DNA of 64,000 nt from Botryllus schlosseri (lineage: Eukaryota), in the NCBI GenBank assembly GCA_051294905.1, contig CM119372.1, forward strand, positions 11,472,001 to 11,536,000, given 5' to 3'. Every line of letters begins with the position of its first letter. The first letter of the stretch is position 1. The notes beneath the pieces were generated by a model, which worked only from the letters and a program-made list of their open reading frames with translations, was not told the origin of the DNA and ran no database searches. Both the position numbers and the translations under genes were made by a program. Shown one piece after another: positions 23,928-38,300 of this stretch.

Positions 23928-25309
23928 GGGTTACCATACGTTAGGGTACCATATTTGGGGAATCTGAAAAATCTGAAAAGAGGACACTTTGCCAGGATTT
24001 TCAGGCTTGCAAAACCGGAGGAGAATTCTCAAAAAATGGTAAATTTTTCCCACTTTGTGGTTGGTTGACTAAAAATAAAGGTCAACTTTCTCACTCGGTG
24101 CCCAAAATAATGTTTTTCTTGACTGACTACAAAAAAAGGTCAGCTTTCCGCTCAGCTCCCGTAATACCCGCCGGGGTGTCCTCTTTTCAGATTTCCAAAA
24201 TATGGAAACCCGAGCTACCTGGGGCCCGTGGGCACCGCATTGGTGACCTCTGATCTAGAATATGGCTGTGGAAGGAGATCCTTAGTGGTCGTCGAACCCC
24301 CTTGAGTAAGGTGGCTGGACACAGTCGTAACGCAAGCCCGGACCCCTGTAGGCCATACTGGTTTCCGCCCAGGGCTTGACAAGTTTCATAAGATCGTAGG
24401 TAGTCCAATAGACATCCGACCGCGCCCATGCTCCGATACCCTCTAATGCAAGGGTCTGGTAGCTTTTTCAACCGAAGAGCCATATTGACCGAATATTTTC
24501 AAATGTAGCTCCCAAAGAGCCATACATGTCAATCAACTGTCACGTCACAATTAAAAACTCGTGACGTATTGGTAGCACTAATATATGGGATTCTGTGCAC
24601 CATATTTTTGCCCACAGGCCGGACATGCGTATGTGTAGCCAAACATGGTCACTACAGCAGTAATTACCCACTGCAGGGTGTGATACGTCCGTGACGCGGA
24701 GTTATAGGGAGGCAAGTGCGGCAGTGCCTCACATGTCGTCAGGGATGAGTGAGGGAAATTGTGAAACCTTAAATGTGGTATTTTTTATCGATGTTTATGA
24801 ATGATCAGATTTTGAACATTTCTATTCCCAAAATCACGGAATTTCCATATTCGATCATTGTTCGTAAATAAAGCGCCAAAGGATAGTTGAGGTACAGACT
24901 AGCCACATTCGGACCAAGTCACCTGTGATAGATCAACTCATCGTAAATTTTTCATCGCTGATATTATTCAAATGAAATTCTCCAACTGATTCCGAAAATC
25001 AAAATATTGATCGACTTCTAAAGTATTGATCGCTACACACCTACATTTTACGGCGGTTCTAGAAAGCTATACTTACGTTACCAATCAAGAACTTGAATAG
25101 CTATGCGTTGTTTTTGAATTGAATTTTTGTAATTGTTATTTTCACTTCAAAGGAAGTTTATTCATCGGCGTAGATCAGGAAGACCATGTGTATTTGAAAA
25201 CTGCATTGTCCTACAAGCGTCGCCATCAAGGTATCAATCAAGGTATCCTGCAAACCAAGATTTCAAGAAGCGCGATTGCGGGTAGATCGAATACGCTAGT
25301 GGGGTAAGT

Positions 25310-25805
25310 CGCCGGGACTAGCCTACTTCATCTCGGAGTCAAAAGCGCACAAGTACAGCACACGCGCGCGTCAACGAAGAACAACTACCGTATGATCAGG
25401 ACGGAATACAAGAAAACGCATTGCTCTATCAAGTATGTCGGACCCAAATTGTAGAACAGCATCTCGCCGGCTATCCGACAGTCTTCAAGCATGTCCGCAT
25501 TCAAGTCGAGCATACAAGCAATTTCTTCTAAATGAATACTGGCCAGCCTTCAGGATTACCGGACCACAACCTAACATCGACCTCGTCTTCCGCTACATGC
25601 CACCTCCTTTTGTCGCTTGCGTCTTATTGTAGTCTCTGCATTACTTTTCATTTAGTGTGCATGCCTCTTTTTTACGTCACCTAGGTGGGTGTCTGATCTT
25701 AAAGGCTACTCCAAGTTGTTTCGACACCTTCCTATCTTTTCATTGTATCGCACTCTTGTGATGTTTCGAAATGATGAAAATATTATTAAAACTGATTGAT
25801 TGATT
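25310..25805 (+). mobile_element. 5'-truncated LINE (CR1/L2-like) 3' end with (TGAT)n tail
   Basis: Encodes NNYRMIRTEYKKTHCSIKYVGPKL*NSISPAIRQSSSMSAFK. The 3' UTR recurs inverted at 22770-22930 and 53040-53290. Confidence 0.7.
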
Positions 25806-25847
25806 CCTTTTTTAAACTAAGATTTTTTATAGCCAGACTGTATAGAG

Positions 25848-26170
25848 CAGTGGTTCTCATCCTTTTTTTAGACATCACGGCCCCCTTTATGATAGTGAAA
25901 AATTTCGCGCTCCATTATCGATCGTAATATTACAAAATGCAACCGGGATGCTAACTACCCCAACAGATTGTTTGATGGCATGGAAGGTTATGACTGTTGA
26001 TGAGAGAATTCAAAAATATGAAATTCGGTCTATATATAGATAAACACGCGTGAATTGAAGGTAAATCGCGCAAACCGCGAAAAAATTTTCAGTTGACCGT
26101 TTCTTCGCGCCCCCCTTCGGATGCTTTCACGCCCCCAAGGGGGGCGCGTCCCCCAGGTTGAGAACCACTG
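25848..26170. mobile_element. MITE family C
   Basis: TIR CAGTGGTTCTCA / TGAGAACCACTG with a perfect TSD GTATAGAG. Confidence 0.92.
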
Positions 26171-27820
26171 GTATAGAGTCAAGTGTACCTGTTTGATGCT
26201 GGTGTGATCAGACTAGTTGACCTTCACGGTGGTATTGAATGATCATTCCTATCTGATACCAAATACTGTGCAATGTGCATGCATATTTTCTGTACCACCG
26301 TCATTGCCGTCTGTTATTAATGTATTTTGGTTGGATGAATATAAAGACTCTCCCTCTCGTGTGGTGCAAGCTGGACCGTAACTACCGCTCCCCGAGCTCG
26401 AAGGGGGCCCAAAATTATTTCGTGAATTAGCATAAATTATAGAGTTTTTTTTAGGACATTTGTGCAACTTCAAATATAAAAATTCCCCGCGCCGTGATTG
26501 GCATTGGGACGCAACAATGCTGTCTGGCGAAACGAGAGAGTAGCTCAAGAGAACAAGAGCCAGACAGCATTGTTCAGCATTGTTGCGTCCCAATGCCAAT
26601 CTCGATAACAATGAAAAATTCGAGGCTGATTGTGGGAGTTCCAGGACCACGAGCGGAATAAAATTTATATTTTCGTAATCAGCGCAGAGTCAGCTTTCGA
26701 TTGATACCCGTTTTACCAAATTTAATGCTCGGCAAGCCGGTCAAAAATGACCGTCAAATTGCCTGTAGCCAAATGGAAATTGTGACGTGATACAATTTCA
26801 CTGAGGCGTGAGATTTGCCTGTGTCGACACCATATAGGACACTATGGTGATATTCACTGTTCATCTTCTTGATTAGTAAGTAGCTTGGTAGTATTGGCGT
26901 TAAAATGTAGGCGTGTTGCGCAACGTTATGTTACCGTCGAATAATTTGAGAATTGAGAAGTCGATCAATATTTAAATTTTCGGTATCAGTGCGACAGTTA
27001 CATTCGATTATTATAAATTATTATAAATTTTACAATTTTCTTTTACTCATCCTGATGACAGGTGATGCATTTCCTCACTTGCGTTCTCTGACCCCACGTC
27101 ACTGACGTATCACACCTCACAATGGGTATGTGCTGCTGTAGTGACCACGCTTAGCTCCAACTACGCATGTGGTCATGGGTCCTCAAATTAAAAAGGAGCA
27201 CCAAGACGAGCCTACGATCTCGTATAACTGACGAAAGTGTATTCACACATTTACTGTTGTCTACATCTGTCGCAGATGGTACTTATTTTAAGTTTAGAGC
27301 CATATCATATGGCTTTCACTGTAATACAATTAAAAAGATGTAGGCTAACTTGCAAAAGATCTATGCGACTCAAGTTGCGCATGCTCAAATAAGGCAACCA
27401 GCATGAGTAGTAAAACTTTTTACAGAGAAAATGTGACGCCCATTACGAATCCCATGTAGTGAGTTCGATGCTGTGATGACATCACAAATTTTCAATTGAA
27501 TTTTCAATTGTGACGTAACAGTGGATTGACATGTATGGCTCTTTGGGAGTTAAAATTGAAAATATAGGGCTAATATGGCTCTTTGGACGATAAAGGTTTC
27601 CGACCGCAGATTCCAACGGGTAGGCTACGTCCGCCCGAATATGTTTAATTATTATTTACGGGTCCTACAGTTTCAGCTCTACCGGAAAATCTGATTACGT
27701 GAGCAGAGAGGATAAAAAATTGAGAGCAACATATATGCAATTCCCGATCATATCGACCCAATCCAATCATGAATTGCTGAGATCTTTCTTCGTCGTCCCT
27801 TTTTAGACGCTATTTCCTGC

Positions 27821-27822
<2 letters not shown>

Positions 27823-27858
<36 letters not shown>

Positions 27859-28000
27859 ATCTTTTAGTGTATTTTTGTCGCCGCCGTAAGAACAGCGACA
27901 CGGGAAACGAGGAGCGCATAATATATGAGAATAACCTCCGACTTGAACACTGGCCGCCTGCGTAGATAGCGCCGACGCTTATCACTACGATATATCCCCA
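27823..28000 (-). mobile_element. Degenerate tRNA-derived SINE with (GAAA)n tail
   Basis: 27883-28000 aligns to the reverse complement of the tRNA-like head/body at 52616-52736. (TTTC)n lies at 27823-27858. Confidence 0.65.
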
Positions 28001-29383
28001 ATCTCAGTCACAATTTTCTTGTCGAGACAAAATTTTCAAATATATCAAATCTGATCCATTCAATGGATATGAACATTTAATCCGATACTATCGTAAAACA
28101 GCAGATCATATTAAAATTTCACAGCATGTGATCGCCGAAGCCGTATCAGTTAGTGAGGAATAGTGATATTGGGCACAGAAGAATAGCTTGCTTCGAACAA
28201 CAACAACAATATGTTTAAACTGAAATCAATTTCAGCATTTCAAAATGCTTTACTAAGCGTTCTTCCGAAATTTCAAATCATGTCGCGGGCCGCAAAATAT
28301 TAACTCGCGGGCCGCGTGTTGGTGACTCCTGTCTTAAACAATGTTTTGAACAAATTCCCTTTGTATTTTTTCTAAAATTATATGATTATGTCATAATTGT
28401 CAAAATATTTTCGAAAAAAACATGTATAGTATGAACGGTGGGACGATGTTAACATGATCGCTTTAAATTCACTTTTGTTTTAAATAGAACCCTATAGGTA
28501 CAACTAAATCGGTAGATCAGGAATCATATATAAATATCGGCATGGAGAATCATTTCCCTCCTCGTTAGGAATATATAGAACATAGATACATTGATATATA
28601 TATAATAATTATCGCCCTGGCGTAAAACGACCAGTGGCGCGACCGAAACACGATGAATTCCAACACAAAACAACTCTGGTAATATAAAGTGTGGGATATC
28701 TATTTAAGTTAAAGCTTCCAAAGAATAATACCGACATCGTTTGCGTATTATAATTAGAAAAATCTGCAGCAAAGATCTCAATTATAAATTTATATATGAC
28801 ATAGGACGCGCCAAGCTCATGGCCTGGCCAATAGTTAGGCCTACTTGATGGTCAGGGATTACGTGATATGCGAATATAGACGACTTTGTGTGTATTCCAA
28901 ATCAGTCGTAAATCTTGACAAATGACTTAGCGTAAAATGAATCGAGTCGTTATATAGGTACAATATGAACAATGAGCAATTTATATGACAAAAGCTACGC
29001 TTTCGCTTACATGATTCTATATTCAGTCACCCTTATTCACTAGCCGCACCAAGTACTTCAACAATAGCTGAAGAATAAATGAATCTCGTCCCTTTGTTGG
29101 TTTGCCTTTATCTTCACTCCCCGCATTGGCAACTAGCTAAACAGATCGAACGGACTCTCGCTGCCATGTGATCTATCAACATTTGATGCTTGTCAAGAAT
29201 TAGCTGTTATGTAGTGATTTAGAGAGAATCGCTGCTTCATGGACCATATATATAGGCTTCTAAATTTCGATCAATTTGCCAGGTTGTCGATATCAGTAGT
29301 CGGAAACCGTACACGACTCGTATATAAATCTCAGCAAGGCTACAACAATCCATTGAGCCTCGGAAAAAGACAGAGGAGAAGAG

Positions 29384-32300
29384 ATGGCGGAAAATGTTAA
29401 AGTTGCAGTTCGAGTTCGTCCATTCATATCCTTTTTACATTGGAAACCTGTTAAGGATTACACATCCAATCGCCTCTTTATCCTTACGCTGTTATTTCGT
29501 TCTGTACAGTTATACAGTGCCATATCGAGTATGTTGTAGGCTTGTAGCTTAGTAAAATGAAAGTTGCATATTTAGACTGTTTCTCCTAATTTCCATTACA
29601 AAGGCCATATACTATATGTGTGTGCTGGACATTGTCCTGCTGCTAATACTCGATTGTATGGTAATCGACTGAATCGCTGATATATTGGAATCGATGCGAT
29701 ACCTGTATCATGGTTTATGCGTGTGTGATGTGAGTTCGACATCGATCGGAGTCTGCATGCATAGTTGCAATTTCGATTCTCAAGAAATCCGGTCTTCCAG
29801 TTAAAGTTACAGAGTCGCTACAATAAACAGAATAAGTTGTGGGTGAGTCGTAAATGGACTTCGTTAGCTTGTTAGACGTTGCAAACAGAGGCGGTAAAAT
29901 CAGAAGTCATAACTGGAGTCATTGCTGTATTGTGATCTCCTAGTCACATGAGTCTAGAATTGAAACGCAGATATTACGCAACACCAGCTAAGTTCCTTAA
30001 CTGTGAACACAATCAGAGGGAGAAAGACAGGAAAGCCACTTTGGTAATTGGTATGGAGGGTAAGAATTTGCTATTAACTCGCAAATACCCACTGTGTCGA
30101 TCAGTTGATTACTTTCTCCAGGCAATACAACGCGCATCAAGGACCCAGCGAGTGGGGAAGAACGAAAGTTCAACTTCGACTTTAGCTACTGGTCACATGA
30201 TGGGTTCAAGGAGCGTCCTGATGGATACCTGGAAAAGTCCGCGTCGTCCAGTAAATATGCTGACCAGGTCATAAATTCTTGAATTTAGCTTTCTTCCTGG
30301 CGTATAGTGAATCGCCAAATCGCGTGAATTACCCTCGAATATAAGGGCTAGAAACATACATGTGTATTCCTATATCTCATAATAGTGAGCCATAGCGGTT
30401 AGGTCCATGATGCGATTCTCGCATCAACAGTTGTCATTTTCTTACGTAAAATAGTCCGAATCTGGGGACGTAAAGCAGTGCGGATTAAACAATAATTATT
30501 GACTGAAACAATGTCCCGCTGCGCAACTCCGTCCGCTGCCTGGTCGCATTATTACATCACAATAGGAATGCGGTATCGGTATAGCGCAGTTTTTCGTTAA
30601 GCTGGGATTTTCTGCATCATTGCGTATAATTGAAGATTTGAAAACGATTTCGAAGGGGATAGCAGTAAGCAGTAAACTTACCTGGAAAAGTTTGCGGAGT
30701 TAAATTGTCGAGTCAATTTTCAAGTCATTTTGAACTTCTCAATCACACTGAGAACTAACACCTTAATCATCAATGCTAACCCCCCTTTGTTCTTGATTCC
30801 ATTTCTATTTACGTTTTTGATATGACTAATTCCATCATAGGTGAAATCACAAAGAGAGCACTTCCGACATGCACCTACTATAGCCGTCATAATGACCTTG
30901 ACCGGCAATATTATATCACTATACAAGAATAGACAAAATGCATTCATATTGTTCATGTAGATGTGGTTTCCCGAAGTTGAAATATACCCATACGTGTATC
31001 ACACATCTTGGCTGTATATGTGACATTGCAAATCTGATTTATGAACAATAATGGGCAATAGGTTTGGAATAACAATATCCTAAGTATGCGGTTCCGGAAG
31101 TCGGTCATTGTTTTCAAATGCGCGTGTTCAGGTCAGAATAGATTCAGGACATAGGGATGCTTGCAACCTCAAACGTACATGCATTTAACATTATGTCGAA
31201 TGGTAAAAAACTTGTGTTTCACTGACAACAAAAGTCGGTCGTTTCTGGTTCACCCTGATAAAAGGTGCAACAAATTTCTCATACACCCTGAAATCATTGT
31301 CATCACTATTACCTTCACATACAGCATCTCAGTCAAGAAGCATTGCCGACAGTCTTACAATGAATTATATTACCGTAATGTTTTGCTTGGAGTATACCCT
31401 GGGAGTAGTAGGCCTATATTTAGGCTTACCATATTTTGGAAATCTAAAAAGAGGACACTTTTTCAGAAATTTGAGACTTGCAAAACCGGAGAAGAATTCA
31501 CAAAAACCGGTTAATTTTTCCCACTTTGTGATCGGTTGACTAAAATAAAAAAAAAGGTCACCCAGAGCTAAATTAACCGTTTTTAACACCGAAATACCCG
31601 TTAGAACGTCAGTTCTGTGCTAATTTACGCCATATCACTCGCAATTTGCTCTAAATCTGACCTACATTTTCAAAAAAGAGGACAAAATCTCAAAAAAGAG
31701 GACAAAAGGCCGTCCTCCGAGGACACTTTCAAAAAAGTCAAAAAAGAGGACAAATCCTCTTAAAAGAGGACGTATGGTAACCCTACCTATCTTCATATCG
31801 GATTACTAGTTTCGAAACAGCATGACAGCCATGTTTGACGCGTTTAAGCGCTAGCCCGCGCATTAGCACATTAAGACGCAAATGTCCTGAATTGAAAATA
31901 TCGAGATGACAGATTTCGCAGACTCGGAAAGGGTCGCTCACATATTCATTTGTGTGCCTTGGAGTCGACTTTTATCAAAATACACCAGCCAAGGCTGTGT
32001 CAACAAAAAGAGTTCGTGTATCATCTAAAAATAGTACATTAAACGCTCTCGTATTCGACATTCCGTGCTGGTGACGTCATATTTTGTGTTACGATTGTTG
32101 ATATACGCTGTTCCTTTGAATTCTCTACTAGTTGGTGACGATTACCCCTGACGAGTGTCAGCCGAAAATATTCGGGTTCATTTCAATATGAATATACTAT
32201 TCAATTGTATATTGAAGTTCTATACCTCCAAGAAGCTGTTCAAATATCTAGTGTTAACTTGAAATTGAATTAAATAACGTGACTTGAATCGAGTCACTAT

Positions 32301-35300
32301 CAAAATCGGCGTAACTCGACTTGGAAAGATTTGAAATGAATTGGCTCCAAGGTAATGACTTGATCACATCACTGGCGCACACCGCATAAAACTCGATCAA
32401 CAAGGAGAAACATTCTGGTGGTGTAAGTGCTTTCAGTGTGTTTGAGAATCTATAACGCTGCCTTCTAGACACGTGTGTTCGAAGATCTTGGAAAAGGAAT
32501 ATTGAGTAACGCATGGGAAGGTTACAACGCTACATTATTCGCATATGGCCAGACTGGCTCCGGAAAGTCATACAGTATTGTTGGCTATGGAGCCAACAAA
32601 GGTGAGTAGGGTCATTTGGCTACAATTAATTTGATATAAGATATTGTATCAGTACTATTAGTATTACCAATCTTCAATGTTATTACTATTTTTACGAAAT
32701 ATATATTTATATTGCAAGTTTCAACGGCAACTTCATTTTTTGTCTTCCAACAAAACAGGCATTGTACCGGTTTTCGCCGATAAACTATTTTCTGAGATCT
32801 CCGCAAAACAAGGCGGCGAAGCAAATTACGAGGTAATTACTTTCGTTGCGTTGCATATGTCATGATATATATTGGGAATGTCAATTTTCTGGCTGAAAAC
32901 GACCGAGGGTATTTCAGGTTGAATACAGCATGCTGGAGATATACAGTGAACAGGCAAGAGATTTGTTGAATCCTGCCACAATAAAATTGAAGGGAGGCCT
33001 GAAAGTACGGGAGAATCCGACGAGAGGCTTCTACGGTGAGGTTACATAATAGTCCTAATGTATTTGCAGCTTTCATACTTTGTTAGGTAATTGATAATAC
33101 TATAGTCGCTTGACATCATAACGCGTGGACAAGTATGCAACTATAGTTTATACAATCTCTACAATACAGTGGTTCCTGGTTCGTAACCTTGTTCCCTTTG
33201 AGACAGGGCCATAACAACACTTCGTCAGCCCCCCCCCCAAACGTTGGTCTTGGGCCCCCCATACGGTGATAAACCAAACCCCCCTAAGGCTATACGCTGC
33301 TCACCGCTACTTATCTACTACATTGGGTGTCCGTTTAGTGAGTCAGCTTTTCTCGCCTAAACGCGCAAAGCTCGAGAAATTTCTGTATTTCATGGCTGAA
33401 TCGGTCAATATGATCGGGAATTGCATATATATTGCTATCAATTTTTATCCGCGCTCTGCTCACGTTATCTGCTTTACCGGTAGAGTTGAATGAGCTGTGT
33501 TTGAAAATCAATCAATCAATCAATAATAATTAAACATCTCTGGGTGTATACCCGTTGGCAGGAACGAAACAGCACTTCGTCAGCCCCCCCAAAAAACTTG
33601 AGTATTGGGCTCCCACGGGGTGACAAACTGATCCCCCCATCACGTTGTTCGCTTTCGCCACGAAATTACAGTTGTATTGTTATGTTCGATAATTCATGAT
33701 AAAATCGGTCATTAAGATCGGTAATTGCGTATATATTGCTATCAATTTCTTGTCCTCTCTGCTCACGTAATCAGATTTACCGACAGAGCTGAGTGAGGTG
33801 TCTTTGAAACTGTAGAGCCCGTAAATAATAATTGATCATGTTCGGGCGGGCGGACCCGTTTGTATTGCATCGTTACATGTTGTTATTCCGTGACCTCCTG
33901 TCTGGGCAAACGTACTAAACTGAAAGATCACACGATTTCAGATTGTAATTCCTCACTGGCATATAAGTTTTTCCTCCGGGATGGTATTTGTCTTGTGAGG
34001 CTCAGATTGCCAAGATAGGAACATTCGGTGGCAGTCATTTAGGCGCCTATATGGACAATTGGACATATATGCATTTTGTATATATAACGAAGTTTTCGGT
34101 CAGTATAAGGGCAGTCATTTACGGCAAAGGTTTCCCGCTGCCGATCGTTCTGGCACACTTCTTGGAGTCGCATGTCACATGACATGACCTAAAACATTAC
34201 ATGTCTTGGTGCGTCGTGGCGCGGTAATCGCCAACGCCGATATGCCCATTTCTATAAATCTTGCGTATTTTTTCTTAGGGGAAGAGTACCCAATAATCAA
34301 GATATTTGGCGACTTGAAATCGCGAAAAAATTTCAAAAAAGTTGCATAAATTTTCAAAAAATACTCTATAATTTATGCTAATTCACGAAATAATTTTGGG
34401 GGGTTTGGGGTGCGGCAGTTACGGCCCTGCTTTGAGATGCAAGTTAATAAATGCCAGCCTGCACCTTGGAAAGTGATATCGTATTGCTAGGCCAAAACAC
34501 AACAGCGTGATACCAATTTATTAATTACAAATGACCAGCTGGCTCAGACTGGCTCGGGTTATAGGAATCACAGTTATAATGAAACTGTAATTGCGACTTA
34601 ATGAAAGCGACTGATGTCACTATGCACAAGTATAGGAAGATTGGAGGGGGGCATGGGCGAAGCATTACGAACTTATTATGTCACAATTAAATGTATAGGC
34701 TATCGATTGACGGTTGTTAATGTGTGGTGATACGGTTTGTCTCCACCTGCATGGGCTCTCAGGTGTTTGAAATCAGGCTGGTATGACGTCAAAGCAGTGC
34801 GGAGCAGTTTTTTTAAGTGCTATTAAGCATTTTATGATGATTTCAGCTCGGTAAATCTGTCTTCGTAGGGTAACTCGTGTCAAAGTTTTGGTGTTTGGTT
34901 TCGTAATGACGTTTCAAGTTACTAGATTTGTAATGTATAGCAAAATGGCGAAACGCATGGGTAGGCTACTTACGGTTGTTCAAAAATAACTTTTTATTCC
35001 AAATTTCACTCGCTTAGTGATAAAAATGGTATAAATTTCAAGTTAAGATTTCATGGCATTTACTGGTCGGAATTGACCCAAATTTGGTGTGTAGCGTTTT
35101 TTTAGACAACCTGACGATTTTATAACCACTGATGAGTTACGCTGGCTGTCAAATCCCATAGGACATCCCACGACAAAAGATTACCATAATTTCTGAACTT
35201 ACGGCTTACCACATCGTGACAGTTGAGGGACTGCAAACTGTTGCGGTGGAAAACTATAATGATATCGAAGCAAGAATGGCCGAAGGGACGAAAAATCGCA

Positions 35301-38300
35301 CGGTTGCGGCCACGAACATGAACGCAACGAGCAGGTATATAGTTTGCGAGTTACCGGCGAATGATTTTAGAGTCACGCTGCATACAAACTGTTCATGGTT
35401 TAACAGTCGAGCACACACGATCGTGGGCATCAAGTTTGTGCAAAAGAGTAAGAATAGCGCTGGTGAGGAGATGTCGAAAACGTCCATCATCAACCTGGTG
35501 GATCTTGCTGGAAGGTGAATAATAAATGTTACAAAATATATCCACTCTATATCACAGAAATAATCCAAATCGTTTACGTCGCGCGCAGGTTCATACTAAA
35601 ATGATTGGATCCCTCTGCATATGTGGTTCTCAAAATGTAGTACGCGTATACCATTATGGTGGTACGCGAGAGCTTTTTAGGTGGTACGCGAAGAGTGCCT
35701 CACCTCAGATTGGCGAGCTTCTGCATAACAAACAGTTGCAATGATCTCATTTAATGGCGCTTTCTTGCTATGCATTAGTGTTGCAGTATAGTGCTAACAA
35801 TAAGCACCGGTACATTATACTAACATAAATAATTCAGGTGGTATACACTGTGTAGTGGAAACAAGTTAGTGGTACGCCGTGCGGTGAAAATAGATTAGTG
35901 GTACGCGATTAGAAAAAGTTTGATAATCACTGCTCTACATCGTCGTCAGTTCAGCCCTCAGCAGTGCCCGACCAACATCGTATCTTAAAGCCGATACCGA
36001 TAAACCGATATCTAGCGCCTTCATTCGATACATTCAGCAGACATTAAAGCAAATATGGCATCTAGCTTAAGGCGCATTTCCAAGACTTCAGAGCATTTAA
36101 TTGAAGAGCTCTTCTACCGGTGTTGAATGGACATTTACAGTGTTACTCCCACTTCTACTTGAATAGCAATGGAATACTTGACACTTATGCCTGCAAGTGA
36201 TATGAAATATGAAATATACCGATAATCCCATTCCAGCAGTCGCAGATTGTAGTTCCCAGATTCCCTACTACCATACTATGACTTCACGAAAATAGCCGGT
36301 GTTTTTGCCTTTAATGGTCGATGCCGGACTTCTTTCAAAGGTCTTTAGTTATAACTTATATAATGCATATTACTTGAACCGAAGGGATGTACAGATGATG
36401 ATACCCGAAGGCCGTAAAAATTATGCATCATTACTGGTCAATGATATATATTCTTTGATCTAAAAGACAAGGTTCGGGAACCGTTTCCGTCAAAAGAGCC
36501 ATTTCAGCTCTATTATATATTCAATTGGATCCATATAACAATTTCAATCAACTACGGCTTTACAATTTCTGGCGTCATGGTGGCACAACATCGAAGTTGA
36601 TTATACATGGAATCCGTTGTGTTCGTCATATTTTATGTCTTTATTATCCCGCTCTTGACAATGTGTTGTCAGTGACATGTTTGTTCTAAATTAATTTTGC
36701 TTTAAATCAGGGGTGTCGAACATCCGGCCCGCAAAGCAATTCTGAGTAGATTGAAATATGATTACATTATCCAGCATATTTATAAGAAATGCTTAAATTT
36801 TTCGTAAGAAATACTTCCGTTAAATATTCCCTTTAGACCGGAAATGTCCAATATATGATCAATTGTTCATAGGCCACATGGTAACCATCCGACAGAGGTC
36901 TTGTGGTTTCACTACATTTGCTATTTAAGAACAAATCTCTGACGCCCAATTCCGAGAAGGCACTAAGTGCTCGCACAGAGTTCAGAGTGTTATGGATAAA
37001 TGGACAAAAACTAGTCATTCCCATAAGCGAAACGCCACCGCGAAACCGTAATATGCAGGATACATAGAGAATACAATTGTTACACAGGTTTTGTGGTCGC
37101 TCTCAACCCGAATCGCGATTTAATATATAGCGGTATTCAAATGGCCTATCACCGTATTTCTTTTGACAATTCGGTTGTTTGCGAAAGAAGGTGTTGCTTG
37201 AGCGTCTACGGTACGTAATATAATGCAATATACAAATATAGGCTTGATAAGAAAGTATTCAGCGACAAACAAGGGAATGTACTGTAACATTGTGGTCCGC
37301 CCGCGAGCGATTTGAAGGTTTGAATCCGGCCCGCGACGCAAGTTGAGTTTGACACCCCTGCTTTAAATGCAACCTTAGTTATATCATATGTCATACATTG
37401 GGTAGTATAGTATGAATTGGGATCAATGGATACATTCGAGAATGAAGCTAAACTGTAAAACGCAAAAAAACTATTCCTCCCTCTTTTTCTGTTTGCATGT
37501 GCAATTGTGCATTTATAAGACCAAATCAGCAATTCGCATATGTAGGCGTACAATCGCACGCGCCTGTTTTTATCCGAAAAGGAATTAATCAATATTTCCC
37601 AGTGAACGAGTGTCGGGCACAGGCGCAACTGGCGATCGCTTGAAAGAAGGTGCTGCGATCAATCTCTCGCTGTCTATGCTTGGAAATGTTATATCAGGTA
37701 TCAGGAATTAAGAAAATGATGTCGATTTTGTTGGTTCGGTTCGAATATATATTTCAATTCTAGCTTTGGCCGAAAGATCATCGTCCGGCAAAAAAGTTCG
37801 TGTGCCGTTCAGAGACTCGGTGCTGACGAAACTATTGAAAAATGCCCTCGGTGGTAACTCGAAGACTGTAATGATAGCGGCTCTCAGCCCTGCGGACATC
37901 AATTACGGAGAAACACTATCCACATTAAGGTGATCCCGGTACACCTATCAACAGCAATTTCGCAATTTCCTCATCACCTTTTAAAATTTCTCTAAATTCT
38001 ACACTAACCCGGGGATACCTAATATTTCATTGACTCTCTTCGTGATTACGCGAGCTACAACGAAATGGATTTCTCAAAGTCAGGAGACAAGTATCAACGT
38101 CCAACGTCCATATCTCGTTACAGAAATTCGCAGGTTCACAAAGGCGATGGCGCACGTAACGGTTAACCGCCAGTCACTGTTCAGTGTTCACCTACAAATG
38201 ATTTATACAGCACAGAAATCTCTGGGCATATATGGGCACCTATAGGTGCCGTGTATTATGTCATTTCCCATTTGCATGCAATATATGTCGTACAGATACG

